Positions 29,494 to 39,454 of a stretch of DNA of 59,622 bases are shown here, one piece after another. The position numbers were made by a program, and so were the translations under genes. Numbering within the stretch: position 1 is the first letter of the stretch; each line of letters opens with the position of its first letter. Source of the stretch: Eubacteriales bacterium (lineage in GTDB: Bacteria; Bacillota; Clostridia; Oscillospirales; RGIG5299). Below the pieces are notes generated by a model. It had not been told where the DNA came from, did no database searches, and was given only the letters and a program-made list of their open reading frames with translations. The DNA lies in the NCBI GenBank assembly GCA_045542315.1, contig JAZQKU010000060.1, positions 1-59,622 on the forward strand. Direction: 5' to 3'.

Positions 29494-30174
29494 ATGAAGA
29501 AAAAGAATCTGACTTTATTTTTAATAACAATCGGATATTTTCTGCTTTCGGTGGGCGCCGTTTTTCTGGCATACTTTAACTTTCCGATAATGGAAATGTA
29601 CCGCATCGGCTACGTCGGTGTGTCGGATAGCGACGGCGTTCTTCTGCAGCTTTTGCTGATGCCTCTTTCGGCAATCCTTCTCACTCTCGCAATACGGAGC
29701 GAGAAAGCGCGCTTCAAGGTGCCCGCCGTGTTGGCAACTTTCGTGCTTGCGGTATTTCGCTTCATTTGTTATATGGGCGTTTTCAATGAAAACGAGATCG
29801 GAAAGATACTCACGGGCGGCTTCAACTCCGTAATGTACGTTATTTTCACCGCTTCGTCGGTATTTCTCGTAATAACGGCGTTTATGTCGCTTTTCGAGGG
29901 CGAAAAATTCTTGAATATCTATAAAAAGATAACCTTTATAGGCGGAATAATATTCACCGCGTTTTTTGCGCTTTGGTTTTTCCTTTCCCTCCTTTTCTGC
30001 CTCGGTGAAGCCGAGGGCGTTGAAAACCTCTGGCTGCTTGCAGTGTCCTGCTTCATCGATGGCGTTTATTTCATAATATTTGCCCTCATTTGCAAAAACA
30101 GAGCCGATATTGCGCTCGAGGAGCTAAACTACTTCAGAGAGCTTATGAAATCGTCAACACCCTTTAAAGAATAA
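29494..30174 (+). CDS. Hypothetical membrane protein
   Basis: 226 aa, about 6 TM, starts 1 bp after pfkA. Confidence 0.7.
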   Translation: MKKKNLTLFLITIGYFLLSVGAVFLAYFNFPIMEMYRIGYVGVSDSDGVLLQLLLMPLSAILLTLAIRSEKARFKVPAVLATFVLAVFRFICYMGVFNENEIGKILTGGFNSVMYVIFTASSVFLVITAFMSLFEGEKFLNIYKKITFIGGIIFTAFFALWFFLSLLFCLGEAEGVENLWLLAVSCFIDGVYFIIFALICKNRADIALEELNYFRELMKSSTPFKE

Positions 30175-30176
30175 AC

Positions 30177-30203
30177 AAAAACTCCTTCGAAAGAAGGAGT
30201 TTT
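30177..30203 (+). terminator. Intrinsic terminator
   Basis: AAAACTCCTTC gaaa GAAGGAGTTTT. Confidence 0.75.
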
Positions 30204-30274
30204 AATTTTTTTTGTAATAAAACGGCATGAATCACTCATAAACTTTTTAAAAAGAAAAGAAAGGAATTTTTCTT

Positions 30275-31456
30275 ATGAAAAGATTTATGCTGTTTGTAAC
30301 CGTATTCGTTATCCTCTTTTCCTTTGCTGCCTTTGCGGGGGGCGGCAGCTCGGAATGGGAAAACACCGAAACAGAAGATAGCGTGCCCACCGTCGGCGCT
30401 CTATCGGAGCTGTCTGCCGCCGCCGCAATACTTATCGACGCCAAAACCGGCACGGTGCTTTACGAGCAGGCTGCCGACGAGAGAAGAAGCCCCGCAAGTA
30501 TCACTAAAATAATGACTCTCATTATAATAATGGAGGAGCTTGAGAAGGGGAATCTGAAGCTTACCGACACCGTCACCGCCTCAACCGCCGCATCCCAAAT
30601 GGGCGGCTCGCAGATATACCTCCGTGAGCACGAGCAGATGACCGTCCACGAGCTTTTGAAGGCAATTACCGTGGTTTCCGCAAACGACGCGGCATTCGCA
30701 ATGGCGGAGCATATAGCGGGAAGCGAGGAGGCATTTGTATCGAGAATGAACGAAAATGCCAAAAGGCTCAAAATGGAAAACACCCATTTTGTAAACTGCA
30801 CGGGACTTGACGCCGAAGGCCACCTCACAACTGCCCGCGATATCGCAATAATGTCCTTGGAGCTGTTAAAATACGATCTCATACGCGAATATACCGCCAT
30901 ATGGACCGACAGCCTTCGCGACGGGAAATACAGCCTTGTAAACACAAACCGCCTCATTCGCTTCTACGACGGCGCCACCGGCCTCAAAACCGGCTCAACC
31001 GACCTTGCGGGAAGCTGTATTTCCGCTTCGGCAATGAGAGAGGGCACAGAGCTTATCGCGGTAATACTCGGCGCAAAATCGGGCGATGAGCGGTTCGAGG
31101 AAGCAAAGAAGCTTTTGAATTACGGCTTTGCAAACTATAAGCGCGTCACGCTGGACACCGCATCGGGCCCCTTGGAGGTCACCGTAAAAAAGGGAGTTGC
31201 AAAGCTCGTTACCGGCAAGGTAACGGGAAGCCACGAGCTTCTTTTGGAAAAAGAAAAAATACCGTTGATAAAAAGAGAAATAGTGCTTCTTGAAGCTCTT
31301 GAAGCACCCGTTTTGCAAAATCAGACTGTCGGCGAAATGGTCTTTTCGATTGACGGTGAGGTTATTGCAAAAATTCCCATAACGGCAGAAAAAGAGGTAA
31401 AAAAAGCGGGACTTTTCTTCTATTTTGCCGTCATCTGGAAGGTAATTTCAGGATAA
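30275..31456 (+). CDS. D-alanyl-D-alanine carboxypeptidase (S11, DacF-like)
   Basis: Signal peptide, PASITK (SxxK), SAN, KTG, PBP5-like C-terminal domain. Confidence 0.9.
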   Translation: MKRFMLFVTVFVILFSFAAFAGGGSSEWENTETEDSVPTVGALSELSAAAAILIDAKTGTVLYEQAADERRSPASITKIMTLIIIMEELEKGNLKLTDTVTASTAASQMGGSQIYLREHEQMTVHELLKAITVVSANDAAFAMAEHIAGSEEAFVSRMNENAKRLKMENTHFVNCTGLDAEGHLTTARDIAIMSLELLKYDLIREYTAIWTDSLRDGKYSLVNTNRLIRFYDGATGLKTGSTDLAGSCISASAMREGTELIAVILGAKSGDERFEEAKKLLNYGFANYKRVTLDTASGPLEVTVKKGVAKLVTGKVTGSHELLLEKEKIPLIKREIVLLEALEAPVLQNQTVGEMVFSIDGEVIAKIPITAEKEVKKAGLFFYFAVIWKVISG

Positions 31457-31517
31457 ATTGCAGTAAATTGCAGTAATTTCACTGTAAAATAATAAAAAAA
31501 GAAAAGGAGAAATTACC

Positions 31518-32444
31518 GTGCAATATCAACTTAACGATTATCCCAGACTTCCCGAGGACCTTGTCTGTGTGACCACTTACTTCACCGACGAGGAGGAATA
31601 CAAAAAGGAGTTCGGAACCCATCACTACGCTATGGATATGGCCTACACCAACAGATGGAAGGGCGGAGTAAAATATATTTACGCCGCGGCCGACGGCGTT
31701 ATAAAATGGCGTCAGAACGCCACTCAGACGGCGGCAAACGCCCTTCGCATAGAGCATTACGGACTTATCGACGGCAAGACCGTTCACACCCGCTACTTTC
31801 ATATGGAATCAATAGCGGAGGGAATGACCGTCGGCAAGGAGGTTAAAAAGGGGGATATCCTCGGAGTAGAGGGAAAGACCGGAAATGCAACGGGCCCGCA
31901 CCTTCACTTTGAGTTTTTAATATGTCCCACCGATTATAAATTCAAATCGGCAGACGTCCCCAAATACGCCGCCGACCCCCTTCTTTACTGCTATCTCTAT
32001 CCCGATCAGAATATAGGTCATGACCCGAAAAACGAGGTGCGAGCCCTTCCTGAAACCGAATATATGAAAACCGAGCTTCAAAAGGGCACAATATTCAGGG
32101 TTCTCCGTGACCGCTCTCTTTATTACCGAAGCGCACCCGAAATTAAAAGTGAAACACGGGTCGGATTTTTGCCCGCAGGCGATTACGAGGCGCATTACAC
32201 CGTGGAAAACGACGGTTACAGTTGGGTAAATATCACAAAGGACGGCGAAACGGTCTTTGCCGCAATCTATGATGAGCTTTCCTTTTTGGTGATCCCCGAC
32301 ACCTTCGAGGCGCTTTATAACGAAGAAAAAGCAAAAAATGCAGCTCTCACCGAGACTTTGGAAAAATCCGAATCTGAAAAGCGGCTTCTTTCGGAAAAGC
32401 TTTCCGAAATAAAAGCTGCTCTCGATTTTTTGAAGTCTGTTTAA
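31518..32444 (+). CDS. M23-family metallopeptidase with SH3-like and coiled-coil C-terminus
   Basis: HYAMD (HxxxD), TRYFH, GKTGNATGPHLHFE; GTG start with AAGGAG RBS. Confidence 0.8.
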   Translation: MQYQLNDYPRLPEDLVCVTTYFTDEEEYKKEFGTHHYAMDMAYTNRWKGGVKYIYAAADGVIKWRQNATQTAANALRIEHYGLIDGKTVHTRYFHMESIAEGMTVGKEVKKGDILGVEGKTGNATGPHLHFEFLICPTDYKFKSADVPKYAADPLLYCYLYPDQNIGHDPKNEVRALPETEYMKTELQKGTIFRVLRDRSLYYRSAPEIKSETRVGFLPAGDYEAHYTVENDGYSWVNITKDGETVFAAIYDELSFLVIPDTFEALYNEEKAKNAALTETLEKSESEKRLLSEKLSEIKAALDFLKSV

Positions 32445-32506
32445 ACGATATTATAGACAAAGCTCCGAAAAGGTGCTATAATAAATAAAAAAACGGAAAT
32501 TTCGGA

Positions 32507-33049
32507 ATGAAAAGAAAAGTGATTACAGAATACGGAGAGGTCGAATACGAGCTTATCCGTAAGAGAGTGAAAAATATAAATATCCGTATCACCCCAAAAG
32601 GAGAGGTAAAGGCGTCGGCACCTCACTTTGTGCCGCTTGGTTCGGTTGATGCACTTGTTGTAAAATGCGGCTTTAAAATCGCAAAAATAAAGGAAAAAGC
32701 AAGCTCTGCACCGATTGCGGAAATTACCGCCGAGGAAAGAGAGAGGCTTTTTAAGACGGTAACAGATCTTTCGGCAGAGCTTTTTCCTCTTTTTCCCGAG
32801 GTGAAAACTCCCTTTCCAACCGTTAAAGTGAGAAAAATGACGTCACGCTGGGGAAGCTGTAACGTCCGCACAAATACTCTGACCTTTTCCACCGAGCTTG
32901 CCGCAAAGCCGTTTGACCTGGTTTACTACGTCGTTGCTCACGAGCTTTGCCATCTCGTTGTAGGCGACCATTCAAAAAAATTCTGGGAGCGGCTTGAAAG
33001 GGTAGTACCGAATTGCAAGGCGGCAAGAAAAAGACTTAACTCAAAATAA
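32507..33049 (+). CDS. YgjP/DUF45-like zinc metallopeptidase
   Basis: MTSRWGSC, YVVAHELCHL, HSKKFW. Confidence 0.85.
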   Translation: MKRKVITEYGEVEYELIRKRVKNINIRITPKGEVKASAPHFVPLGSVDALVVKCGFKIAKIKEKASSAPIAEITAEERERLFKTVTDLSAELFPLFPEVKTPFPTVKVRKMTSRWGSCNVRTNTLTFSTELAAKPFDLVYYVVAHELCHLVVGDHSKKFWERLERVVPNCKAARKRLNSK

Positions 33050-33053
33050 AAAA

Positions 33054-33081
33054 CACCCTTTCGGAAAGATCCGAAAGGGTG
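33054..33081. terminator. Hairpin between convergent genes
   Basis: CACCCTTTCGGA aaga TCCGAAAGGGTG. Confidence 0.65.
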
Positions 33082-33089
33082 AAAATTTT

Positions 33090-34019
33090 TTATTCGTCAA
33101 AAAGGGGAGTGGAGAAATAACGCTCTGCCGTGTCGGGGAGTACGGTGACCACCGTCTTTCCCTTGCCGAGCTTCCTTGCAAGACGGAGCGCTGCCGCAAC
33201 GTTGGTGCCGCTGCTTATTCCGCACATAATGCCTTCCTTTGAGGCAAGCTCCTTCGAGGTCTTGAGCGCCTCCTCGTCCTTGATTATGCAAACGTCGTCA
33301 AATATTTTTGTATTAAGAATTTCGGGAATTATTCCGTCGCCGATGCCCATCTGAAGATGGGTGCCTATCGAACCGCCCGAAAGAATAGCGGCGTTTTCGG
33401 GCTCGACCGCCCAGATGGTCATATCGGGATTTGCTTCCTTTAAGACCTCTCCGATTCCGGTGATCGTTCCGCCGGTGCCGATACCCGAGCAAAATCCGTG
33501 AATGGGCTTATTTACCTGCTTAAGGATCTCTGCGGCGGTGCCTTTTCTTTGAATTTCGGGATTTGCGGGATTTTCAAACTGCTGCGGCACGAAAACGTTT
33601 TTGTTCTCCGCCTTCATTTTAAGGGCAAGCTCAAGGCACTCTTCAATGCAAAGACCGATATTTCCCGCATCGTGAACCAAGATGACCTCGGCGCCGTAAT
33701 GCTTTACAAGCTTTCTTCTTTCCTCACTTACAGAGTCGGGCATAATGATTTTTACCTTATAACCCTTTACCGCCCCTACGAGTGCAAGACCGATACCCTG
33801 ATTGCCGCTCGTGGGCTCAACGATAATGCTGTTTTCGTTAAGAAGTCCCTTATTTTCTGCATCTATGATCATATTGTAGGCGGTGCGGGTCTTTATCGAA
33901 CCGCCGACGTTTAATCCCTCGAACTTCACGAGGATCTCCGCATCGTTTTCCGAGGTCATATTGTTAAGCTTTATAATGGGCGTATTGCCGAGCGCCTCTA
34001 AAATATTGTTGTAAACCAT
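33090..34019 (-). CDS. cysK: Cysteine synthase
   Basis: GGSIKTR (PLP lysine), EPTSGNQG, GIGTGGT, GISSG, PDTAERY. Confidence 0.88.
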   Translation of the reverse strand: MVYNNILEALGNTPIIKLNNMTSENDAEILVKFEGLNVGGSIKTRTAYNMIIDAENKGLLNENSIIVEPTSGNQGIGLALVGAVKGYKVKIIMPDSVSEERRKLVKHYGAEVILVHDAGNIGLCIEECLELALKMKAENKNVFVPQQFENPANPEIQRKGTAAEILKQVNKPIHGFCSGIGTGGTITGIGEVLKEANPDMTIWAVEPENAAILSGGSIGTHLQMGIGDGIIPEILNTKIFDDVCIIKDEEALKTSKELASKEGIMCGISSGTNVAAALRLARKLGKGKTVVTVLPDTAERYFSTPLFDE

Positions 34020-34139
34020 TTGTGCTGTTATCCTTTAAAAGTCGTTATTGTATTATATTATAACACACTCGAAAAGGTTTTTCAATATAAAATAAAGGTC
34101 CGCAACTAAAAAAGCGCGGACCTTTTACTGTTTTTATAA

Positions 34140-34748
34140 TTATTTTTCGGAAATGTCGGCGTCTTCGCCGTTTAATTTTGCCTCGGGTGCCTCGGGTGCG
34201 ACTGCTTCGGGAACGAATTCCGCTTTTACTTCGGTCGCGGGAGCCTTGGATATTGAAATGCCCGCCATTATACCGACTATGAGAATATAGATGATCCATG
34301 CGTGAAACGCCACGTCAATAACGGTGTAGATATCGAAGCTTGAGAAATCAAAGCCGAGGACCATCAGTACAGTGTCTATCGCAAAGAAAACGAGGGCGGC
34401 GATAAGGAAGCCGTATCTGTTTTTGTTTGAGAAGATCCAGCAGATAAAATAGAGCGCTATAATAACTGCCGCAATGGCGATAGCAACGTAAAAGACCGAT
34501 TCGGGGAGAAATTCTATCTCAAGGCCCTCGTAATACTCGTCGGGCATCATTCCGCAAAAGAGCTTCATGTATACCACGAGGGTATAGGGAATGTAGGCGC
34601 TGAAGAGGAAATAAAGATCGGCGTCTAACGTTAACAGAACAACGTTTGCAAGGGTGAAAATAATTGCGATTAACAGATTGCTCCTCGCGGTAGCATATTT
34701 CGCAGCGGGTGACTGAGCAACTGTTTTTGTTTGATTGAATAATGCCAT
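34140..34748 (-). CDS. Hypothetical membrane protein
   Basis: About 5 TM, acidic Pro/Ala tail, RBS upstream, terminator at 34094-34126. Confidence 0.75.
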   Translation of the reverse strand: MALFNQTKTVAQSPAAKYATARSNLLIAIIFTLANVVLLTLDADLYFLFSAYIPYTLVVYMKLFCGMMPDEYYEGLEIEFLPESVFYVAIAIAAVIIALYFICWIFSNKNRYGFLIAALVFFAIDTVLMVLGFDFSSFDIYTVIDVAFHAWIIYILIVGIMAGISISKAPATEVKAEFVPEAVAPEAPEAKLNGEDADISEK

Positions 34749-34826
34749 AATTACTGTCCTTTCATATCTGATTTAATATAATTATAGCATATTCACACGA
34801 AAAATCAATAGATTTGCCGAAAAATA

Positions 34827-35261
34827 TTACAAAAATCTTCTTATATCAATGGCGAGCTTTTCCTCGAGATCAATAAGCCGCTTGGCTATTTCCTTTGACC
34901 TTTCGTCTGCGGCGCCGTATTGATTAAGATATCGGTTAAGCGACTTTACTCCCATATTACAGCCGTCGGTAATGATCTCCGCGACGTTTGCGTCGGAGCT
35001 GTCAACGGTGAGTTTCACCTTGGTTTCAAGCCACGACATTCCCTTCGCGATGGGACTCGGCGCCTTGCCCTCGTCGCCGTAGCTGTCAAGAAGGGCACGA
35101 AGATCTCTGTCAAGCTCCTCGTGCTTTGCTTTGTTTTGTTCAAGCATTGATTTAAGCGCATCTGCCTTGACGTAGGGAAGCACCTCGTCAATAGCCGAAA
35201 CACCCATTTTAACTCCCGCATCGCATTCGTGAAGAAGCCGTATCGTATCGTTGTTTATCAT
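34827..35261 (-). CDS. Conserved hypothetical helical (ferritin-like) protein
   Basis: ECDAGVKMG, DGCNMGVKSL; start 35261 by AAGGAG RBS. Confidence 0.7.
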   Translation of the reverse strand: MINNDTIRLLHECDAGVKMGVSAIDEVLPYVKADALKSMLEQNKAKHEELDRDLRALLDSYGDEGKAPSPIAKGMSWLETKVKLTVDSSDANVAEIITDGCNMGVKSLNRYLNQYGAADERSKEIAKRLIDLEEKLAIDIRRFL

Positions 35262-35317
35262 AATAATTCTCCTTTTTAAAGCTATTATGCCCAAAAAAGG
35301 AGAAAATATTAAAAAAA

Positions 35318-35345
35318 ACAGAAGCTCTCTTTTGAGAGCTTCTGT
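35318..35345 (-). terminator. Intrinsic terminator
   Basis: ACAGAAGCTCTC tttt GAGAGCTTCTGT with T run on the minus strand. Confidence 0.75.
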
Positions 35346-35350
35346 AATAT

Positions 35351-36304
35351 TTATTCGCAGCAAATATCTGATTTTTTGGCCTTTGCGGGCTTTGCGGCTT
35401 CCTTGGTAACGTCGCCAAGACCGGTGGTTTCGGAGAATATAACGTTTGCCTTCGTCATATTGACCGCATCGGTGGGGACGATGATCTTCGAAGCGGTGCC
35501 GTTTGACATATTGATAAGAGCCTCGTACTTCTTAAGCTCCAAAACAGCCTCGTCAACGCCTGCGGCTTTAAGTGCGGCAAGACCGTCGGCCTCTGCCTGC
35601 TTTGCAAGAAGGATAGCCTTTGCCTCACCCTCGGCTCTTGCGATTCTTGCATCTCTTTCACCTTCTGCGGCAAGTATCATAGCCTGCTTATCGCCCTCTG
35701 CGCGGGTGATAACTGCGGCCTTATGACCTTCAGCCTCCAAAAGTGTCTCACGGCGGTCACGCTCTGCCTTCATCTGCTTTTCCATCGCATTCTGAATTTC
35801 TGCGGGAGGAATAATGTTTTTAAGCTCAACACGGTTTACCTTAATGCCCCATTGGTCGGTTGCCGAATCGAGAATTTCGGTCATTTTACCGTTAATGGTG
35901 TCACGCGAGGTGAGGGTATCGTCAAGCTCAAGTTCACCTACGATGTTACGGAGAGTGGTTGCGGTAAGATTTGAAAGAGCACTTATGGGATTTACCGCGC
36001 CGTATGTAAAGAGCTTTGCATCAAACACCTTGAAATAAACCACGGTATCTATCTGCATAGTAACGTTATCCTTGGTGATAACGGGCTGGGGCGGTGAATC
36101 GAGCACCTGCTCCTTAAGGGTAACTTTTTTTGCAATGCGGTCGATAACGGGAATCAGCACGTGAAGACCTGCTTCCCAGGTCCTTTTGTATTTTCCGAGA
36201 CGCTCGATAACGTATTCGGTTGCCTGCGGTACGACCTTAAGGTTTGCGAGAATAATTATCAAAACGATAACTGCAATTATTGCCAATACTATCAACGGAT
36301 CCAT
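35351..36304 (-). CDS. SPFH/band 7 domain membrane protein
   Basis: N-terminal TM, VIERLGKY, QPVITKDNV, TTLRN, KQMKAER. Confidence 0.92.
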   Translation of the reverse strand: MDPLIVLAIIAVIVLIIILANLKVVPQATEYVIERLGKYKRTWEAGLHVLIPVIDRIAKKVTLKEQVLDSPPQPVITKDNVTMQIDTVVYFKVFDAKLFTYGAVNPISALSNLTATTLRNIVGELELDDTLTSRDTINGKMTEILDSATDQWGIKVNRVELKNIIPPAEIQNAMEKQMKAERDRRETLLEAEGHKAAVITRAEGDKQAMILAAEGERDARIARAEGEAKAILLAKQAEADGLAALKAAGVDEAVLELKKYEALINMSNGTASKIIVPTDAVNMTKANVIFSETTGLGDVTKEAAKPAKAKKSDICCE

Positions 36305-36368
36305 AAAAATACCACCTTTTAATTTGTTTATTTTATTATATCACGGCGAAAGAACCGTGTCAATAATT

Positions 36369-37235
36369 TTATGAGAAGGTAACGGAATTTGCCCATTTTT
36401 GAAAATCGTCGGCGTAGTCATCGGCATCATCGATATCGGTTCCGAACTGAACGAACCAAAATGCATCATCCGTTTTGTAAATAACACAAAAATAGTAAAA
36501 GTTTTCTGCTTGATAGCTTATTGAATAGCTATCACCGAACGGCTTTAGGGTAACGGTGGGATCAAATTCGCCCGTTTCCAAAACTAAAAGTCCGTATTCC
36601 TCGTTTGTGTAATCGGCAATCTCGGGGAATAGCTCAAAGCTGTCTTTGCTACCGAAAACAGCGACCTTTTGTGAGGAATATAAGAAATCGAAACCCTCAA
36701 CTTCCTGCGCCTTGAATTTTGTGGTAAGGGTAATGGAAATGCCTGCTTCTGAAGTAAAGGTCTTATCGGTTTGATAGAGAGTAAAAAAGAGAGCGACAAA
36801 GAGAATTGCCATTGAAATCAACGATACCGTTAAGGTGTAAGAAAGTTGGGCACGAGATTCCCTTTTTTTATATTGTTTCTTTTCCTCTTCAGTAATATTT
36901 CCGTCGAAAACAAAGGTTACCGCCTTAAAAACAGAGGAAAGGAAATAGACACTTCCGCTTAACATAACGTCCTCTGTACCTGCGGGAACTACGTAAGGCT
37001 CGGAAATATTTGATTTCTGCATAGAGCGGGGAGTGACGGCGTAGATCTTCTGCTCGCCGTCGGGAATTGAAACGGTAAGGCTTCCTCCCGATTTGACGAA
37101 ACCGAGAAAACGGCAGCTCTTTTCGTCAACAGTAATGGTATTGTGGTCGTTTGAGGCGGCGTCCTCAATGTAAATCGCAACGGGCATTGCAATTCCGACA
37201 AATCTTTTGCTTCGTGTTACAGTCAGTGTTCTCAT
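36369..37235 (-). CDS. Hypothetical single-pass membrane protein
   Basis: N-terminal beta-rich domain, one TM, C-terminal domain; AAGGAG RBS. Confidence 0.7.
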   Translation of the reverse strand: MRTLTVTRSKRFVGIAMPVAIYIEDAASNDHNTITVDEKSCRFLGFVKSGGSLTVSIPDGEQKIYAVTPRSMQKSNISEPYVVPAGTEDVMLSGSVYFLSSVFKAVTFVFDGNITEEEKKQYKKRESRAQLSYTLTVSLISMAILFVALFFTLYQTDKTFTSEAGISITLTTKFKAQEVEGFDFLYSSQKVAVFGSKDSFELFPEIADYTNEEYGLLVLETGEFDPTVTLKPFGDSYSISYQAENFYYFCVIYKTDDAFWFVQFGTDIDDADDYADDFQKWANSVTFS

Positions 37236-37304
37236 GAAATTCTCCTTTGCAATTTATATAGTATGGCTACTGATATTTATAGGGCAGAGCCGTAAATTTT
37301 CTTT

Positions 37305-39380
37305 TTAAATGATCGGGAGTCTCGGAATTCTCTTTTTATTTTTAAGCTCCTTTTTCATTTTCTTGTAATCGGGGTGATTTTCGGGATCGGCTATTCTCAT
37401 CGCATATCGCATATAGTCGCCTATCACCGAAAGCAGATGATTGCCGTTTACCTCCGCCTCGCCGTCGAAGTTGACGACGGTAAGCCAAAGCCCGGTAACA
37501 GCCTCCTGTGAAGCGGAAAGAGCGGGCTGTAGGTAACTGAAGTCGAGCCTGCGGAAATTGAATTTATTCCAGAAATAGAGATACTTTTTAACGCTTGCCT
37601 GGCTGTATTCGGGAGAATCTATCTCACAGAAAATGTTTTTGAGACCTTCCTTGCGATGCATAAAAGCGTCCTCGGAAACTATCTTAATAACCTCTTTATA
37701 AATAATTGAACCGATTCCGCCTGACTGAATATCGGATCTTACCGCAATAAACTCAATAACTGCAGAATTTGACGCCTTGAAATAATCGAATATTGCGCCT
37801 GCAACAACGTTTCCTTCATTGTCCTTTGCAACGATAATGTGATAGCTGTAATTCGTAGCCGATTCAGCATCTTTCAAGTAAGAAAGTAAGCTGTCAAACG
37901 TTTCGCGCTCGTTTTTATCGGGGAAGCACTCCATATATATCTGGGTGTAAAAGGTCGCGAGATCGGTAATCGAATTTTTGTCGGAGAGCGATATTTCTTC
38001 GAAGGTAAGCTTATCGTTTTGCTCAAAGAAATCGTCAAATGCCGCAAAAACATCGGCAGGACGGTGCTTGGACTCTAAAATAATGCGCTCCTTGAAGCTG
38101 ACGGCAAGGGCATCGTTGCCGTTGGCGCGTTCTGTAAGCCTTGCAATAAGTTCCTTTGTTATGCGATCGTTCATAGAGCAGATAAATCGGTATTTTCTTT
38201 TTGCGAGAAGCTCGTTTGAGAAAACCGATTCAAAGTGCTTTATGCATTTGTCAATGAGAGTGGAAATAAGGAAATGGTAGGTGGATTCGTCGGTAAGATT
38301 TGCATGCTCGAAAAAGGCCACGCTCTTTTCGGGCTTGAATTCAAACTCTCCGTCCTCTTGCTCAAAAAGCACCCAAACGTAAGCGGTGCAGTAATATTTT
38401 TGGGCCTTATAGCTTTCACAGGGACTGAAATTATCAATCTGAATTGCAAACGACTGGCTACCGTCGGATATCTTGTCATAAAAGTAAGACTCCGCAGGAA
38501 GCGCCGACTCCTTGAGCGAATTGTAGTATTCCTTGTTTTTAAAGACAGATACGTCGGCGGAGATAAGCGCGCCGTATCGGCGTCCCGTGTTGGAATTTAT
38601 ACGGGCAAGCAGACGATTTGCAACGTCAGAGTTTCTATCGGCAACGGCGGGGACGGAGTTGCTCTCATCGCCGAATGATATCTGACAAAGACCTGTCCAG
38701 TAATCCTTGTGATTCAGCTCGTAGCTGGGCCCCCACAAAAGCCACGCGAAGGTGAAATAGAGCTCATTGGAAAGAATATCGTTGAATTCCACGGTGTCGG
38801 ATTCCGAAATGTAAGCTGTGGAAACGAATCTTTTGATGAATTCGCTCCAACTCTCTTCATATTTTGAAAGCAGGCCGGTGAGCAGACAGGTGGGAGTAAC
38901 GTAGGCGTCTTCGATACGAAGCTTGGTTACCCAAGCGATCCTGTCGTCGTGAATACCGAAGGTATCACGGGCTTTCTTGGAGGAAAAGAAGGTGAAATAT
39001 CTTTCCGTGACCTCAGAAAACTCTTCGCTTATTAAACAGGTGCAGTTCGGTATGATGTAGAGCTGCTCACTCTGTCCCTCCTGGTAATATGCCTTGAATT
39101 CATTTATAATACTGTGCCATTTTGACGGAACGGAGGCATAACCCTGTGTCTTCATAATAGCAAACTCAATAAAAGCTCTCTTTTTCACAATAGAGCTTCT
39201 GCAAATAACGAGAACTCTTATTCTCGGCCAAAGGCTTAATCCCGAAGGACCGAGAATTATCTTTAATGCTTTTGAATACTGATTAAGCATCAAAATAAAA
39301 AAGGTGCCAACCGAAGCGGCGAGAGCAGCAAACTCAAGTCCGTTTAAGAAAAATTCAAGATATTGAAAGAAAATTTCCAA
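37305..39380 (-). CDS. Membrane-anchored unknown domain fused to a C-terminal GNAT acetyltransferase
   Basis: N-terminal TM; IEFIAVRSDIQSGGIGS (GNAT motif A), FWNKFNF, YLQP; TTG start, AAGGAG RBS, TTGACA-N18-TATAAT promoter at 39411-39440. Confidence 0.75.
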   Translation of the reverse strand: MEIFFQYLEFFLNGLEFAALAASVGTFFILMLNQYSKALKIILGPSGLSLWPRIRVLVICRSSIVKKRAFIEFAIMKTQGYASVPSKWHSIINEFKAYYQEGQSEQLYIIPNCTCLISEEFSEVTERYFTFFSSKKARDTFGIHDDRIAWVTKLRIEDAYVTPTCLLTGLLSKYEESWSEFIKRFVSTAYISESDTVEFNDILSNELYFTFAWLLWGPSYELNHKDYWTGLCQISFGDESNSVPAVADRNSDVANRLLARINSNTGRRYGALISADVSVFKNKEYYNSLKESALPAESYFYDKISDGSQSFAIQIDNFSPCESYKAQKYYCTAYVWVLFEQEDGEFEFKPEKSVAFFEHANLTDESTYHFLISTLIDKCIKHFESVFSNELLAKRKYRFICSMNDRITKELIARLTERANGNDALAVSFKERIILESKHRPADVFAAFDDFFEQNDKLTFEEISLSDKNSITDLATFYTQIYMECFPDKNERETFDSLLSYLKDAESATNYSYHIIVAKDNEGNVVAGAIFDYFKASNSAVIEFIAVRSDIQSGGIGSIIYKEVIKIVSEDAFMHRKEGLKNIFCEIDSPEYSQASVKKYLYFWNKFNFRRLDFSYLQPALSASQEAVTGLWLTVVNFDGEAEVNGNHLLSVIGDYMRYAMRIADPENHPDYKKMKKELKNKKRIPRLPII

Positions 39381-39454
39381 AATAAAAAACTCCTTTTACG
39401 TCATAGTCAAATTATATCATAATACGACACAAACTGTCAATAAATGAGGAAAAA

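Noticed and set aside
37236..37304. Riboswitch between the GNAT fusion and the downstream gene
   Set aside because: Only a weak stem; no match to a class I recognise.
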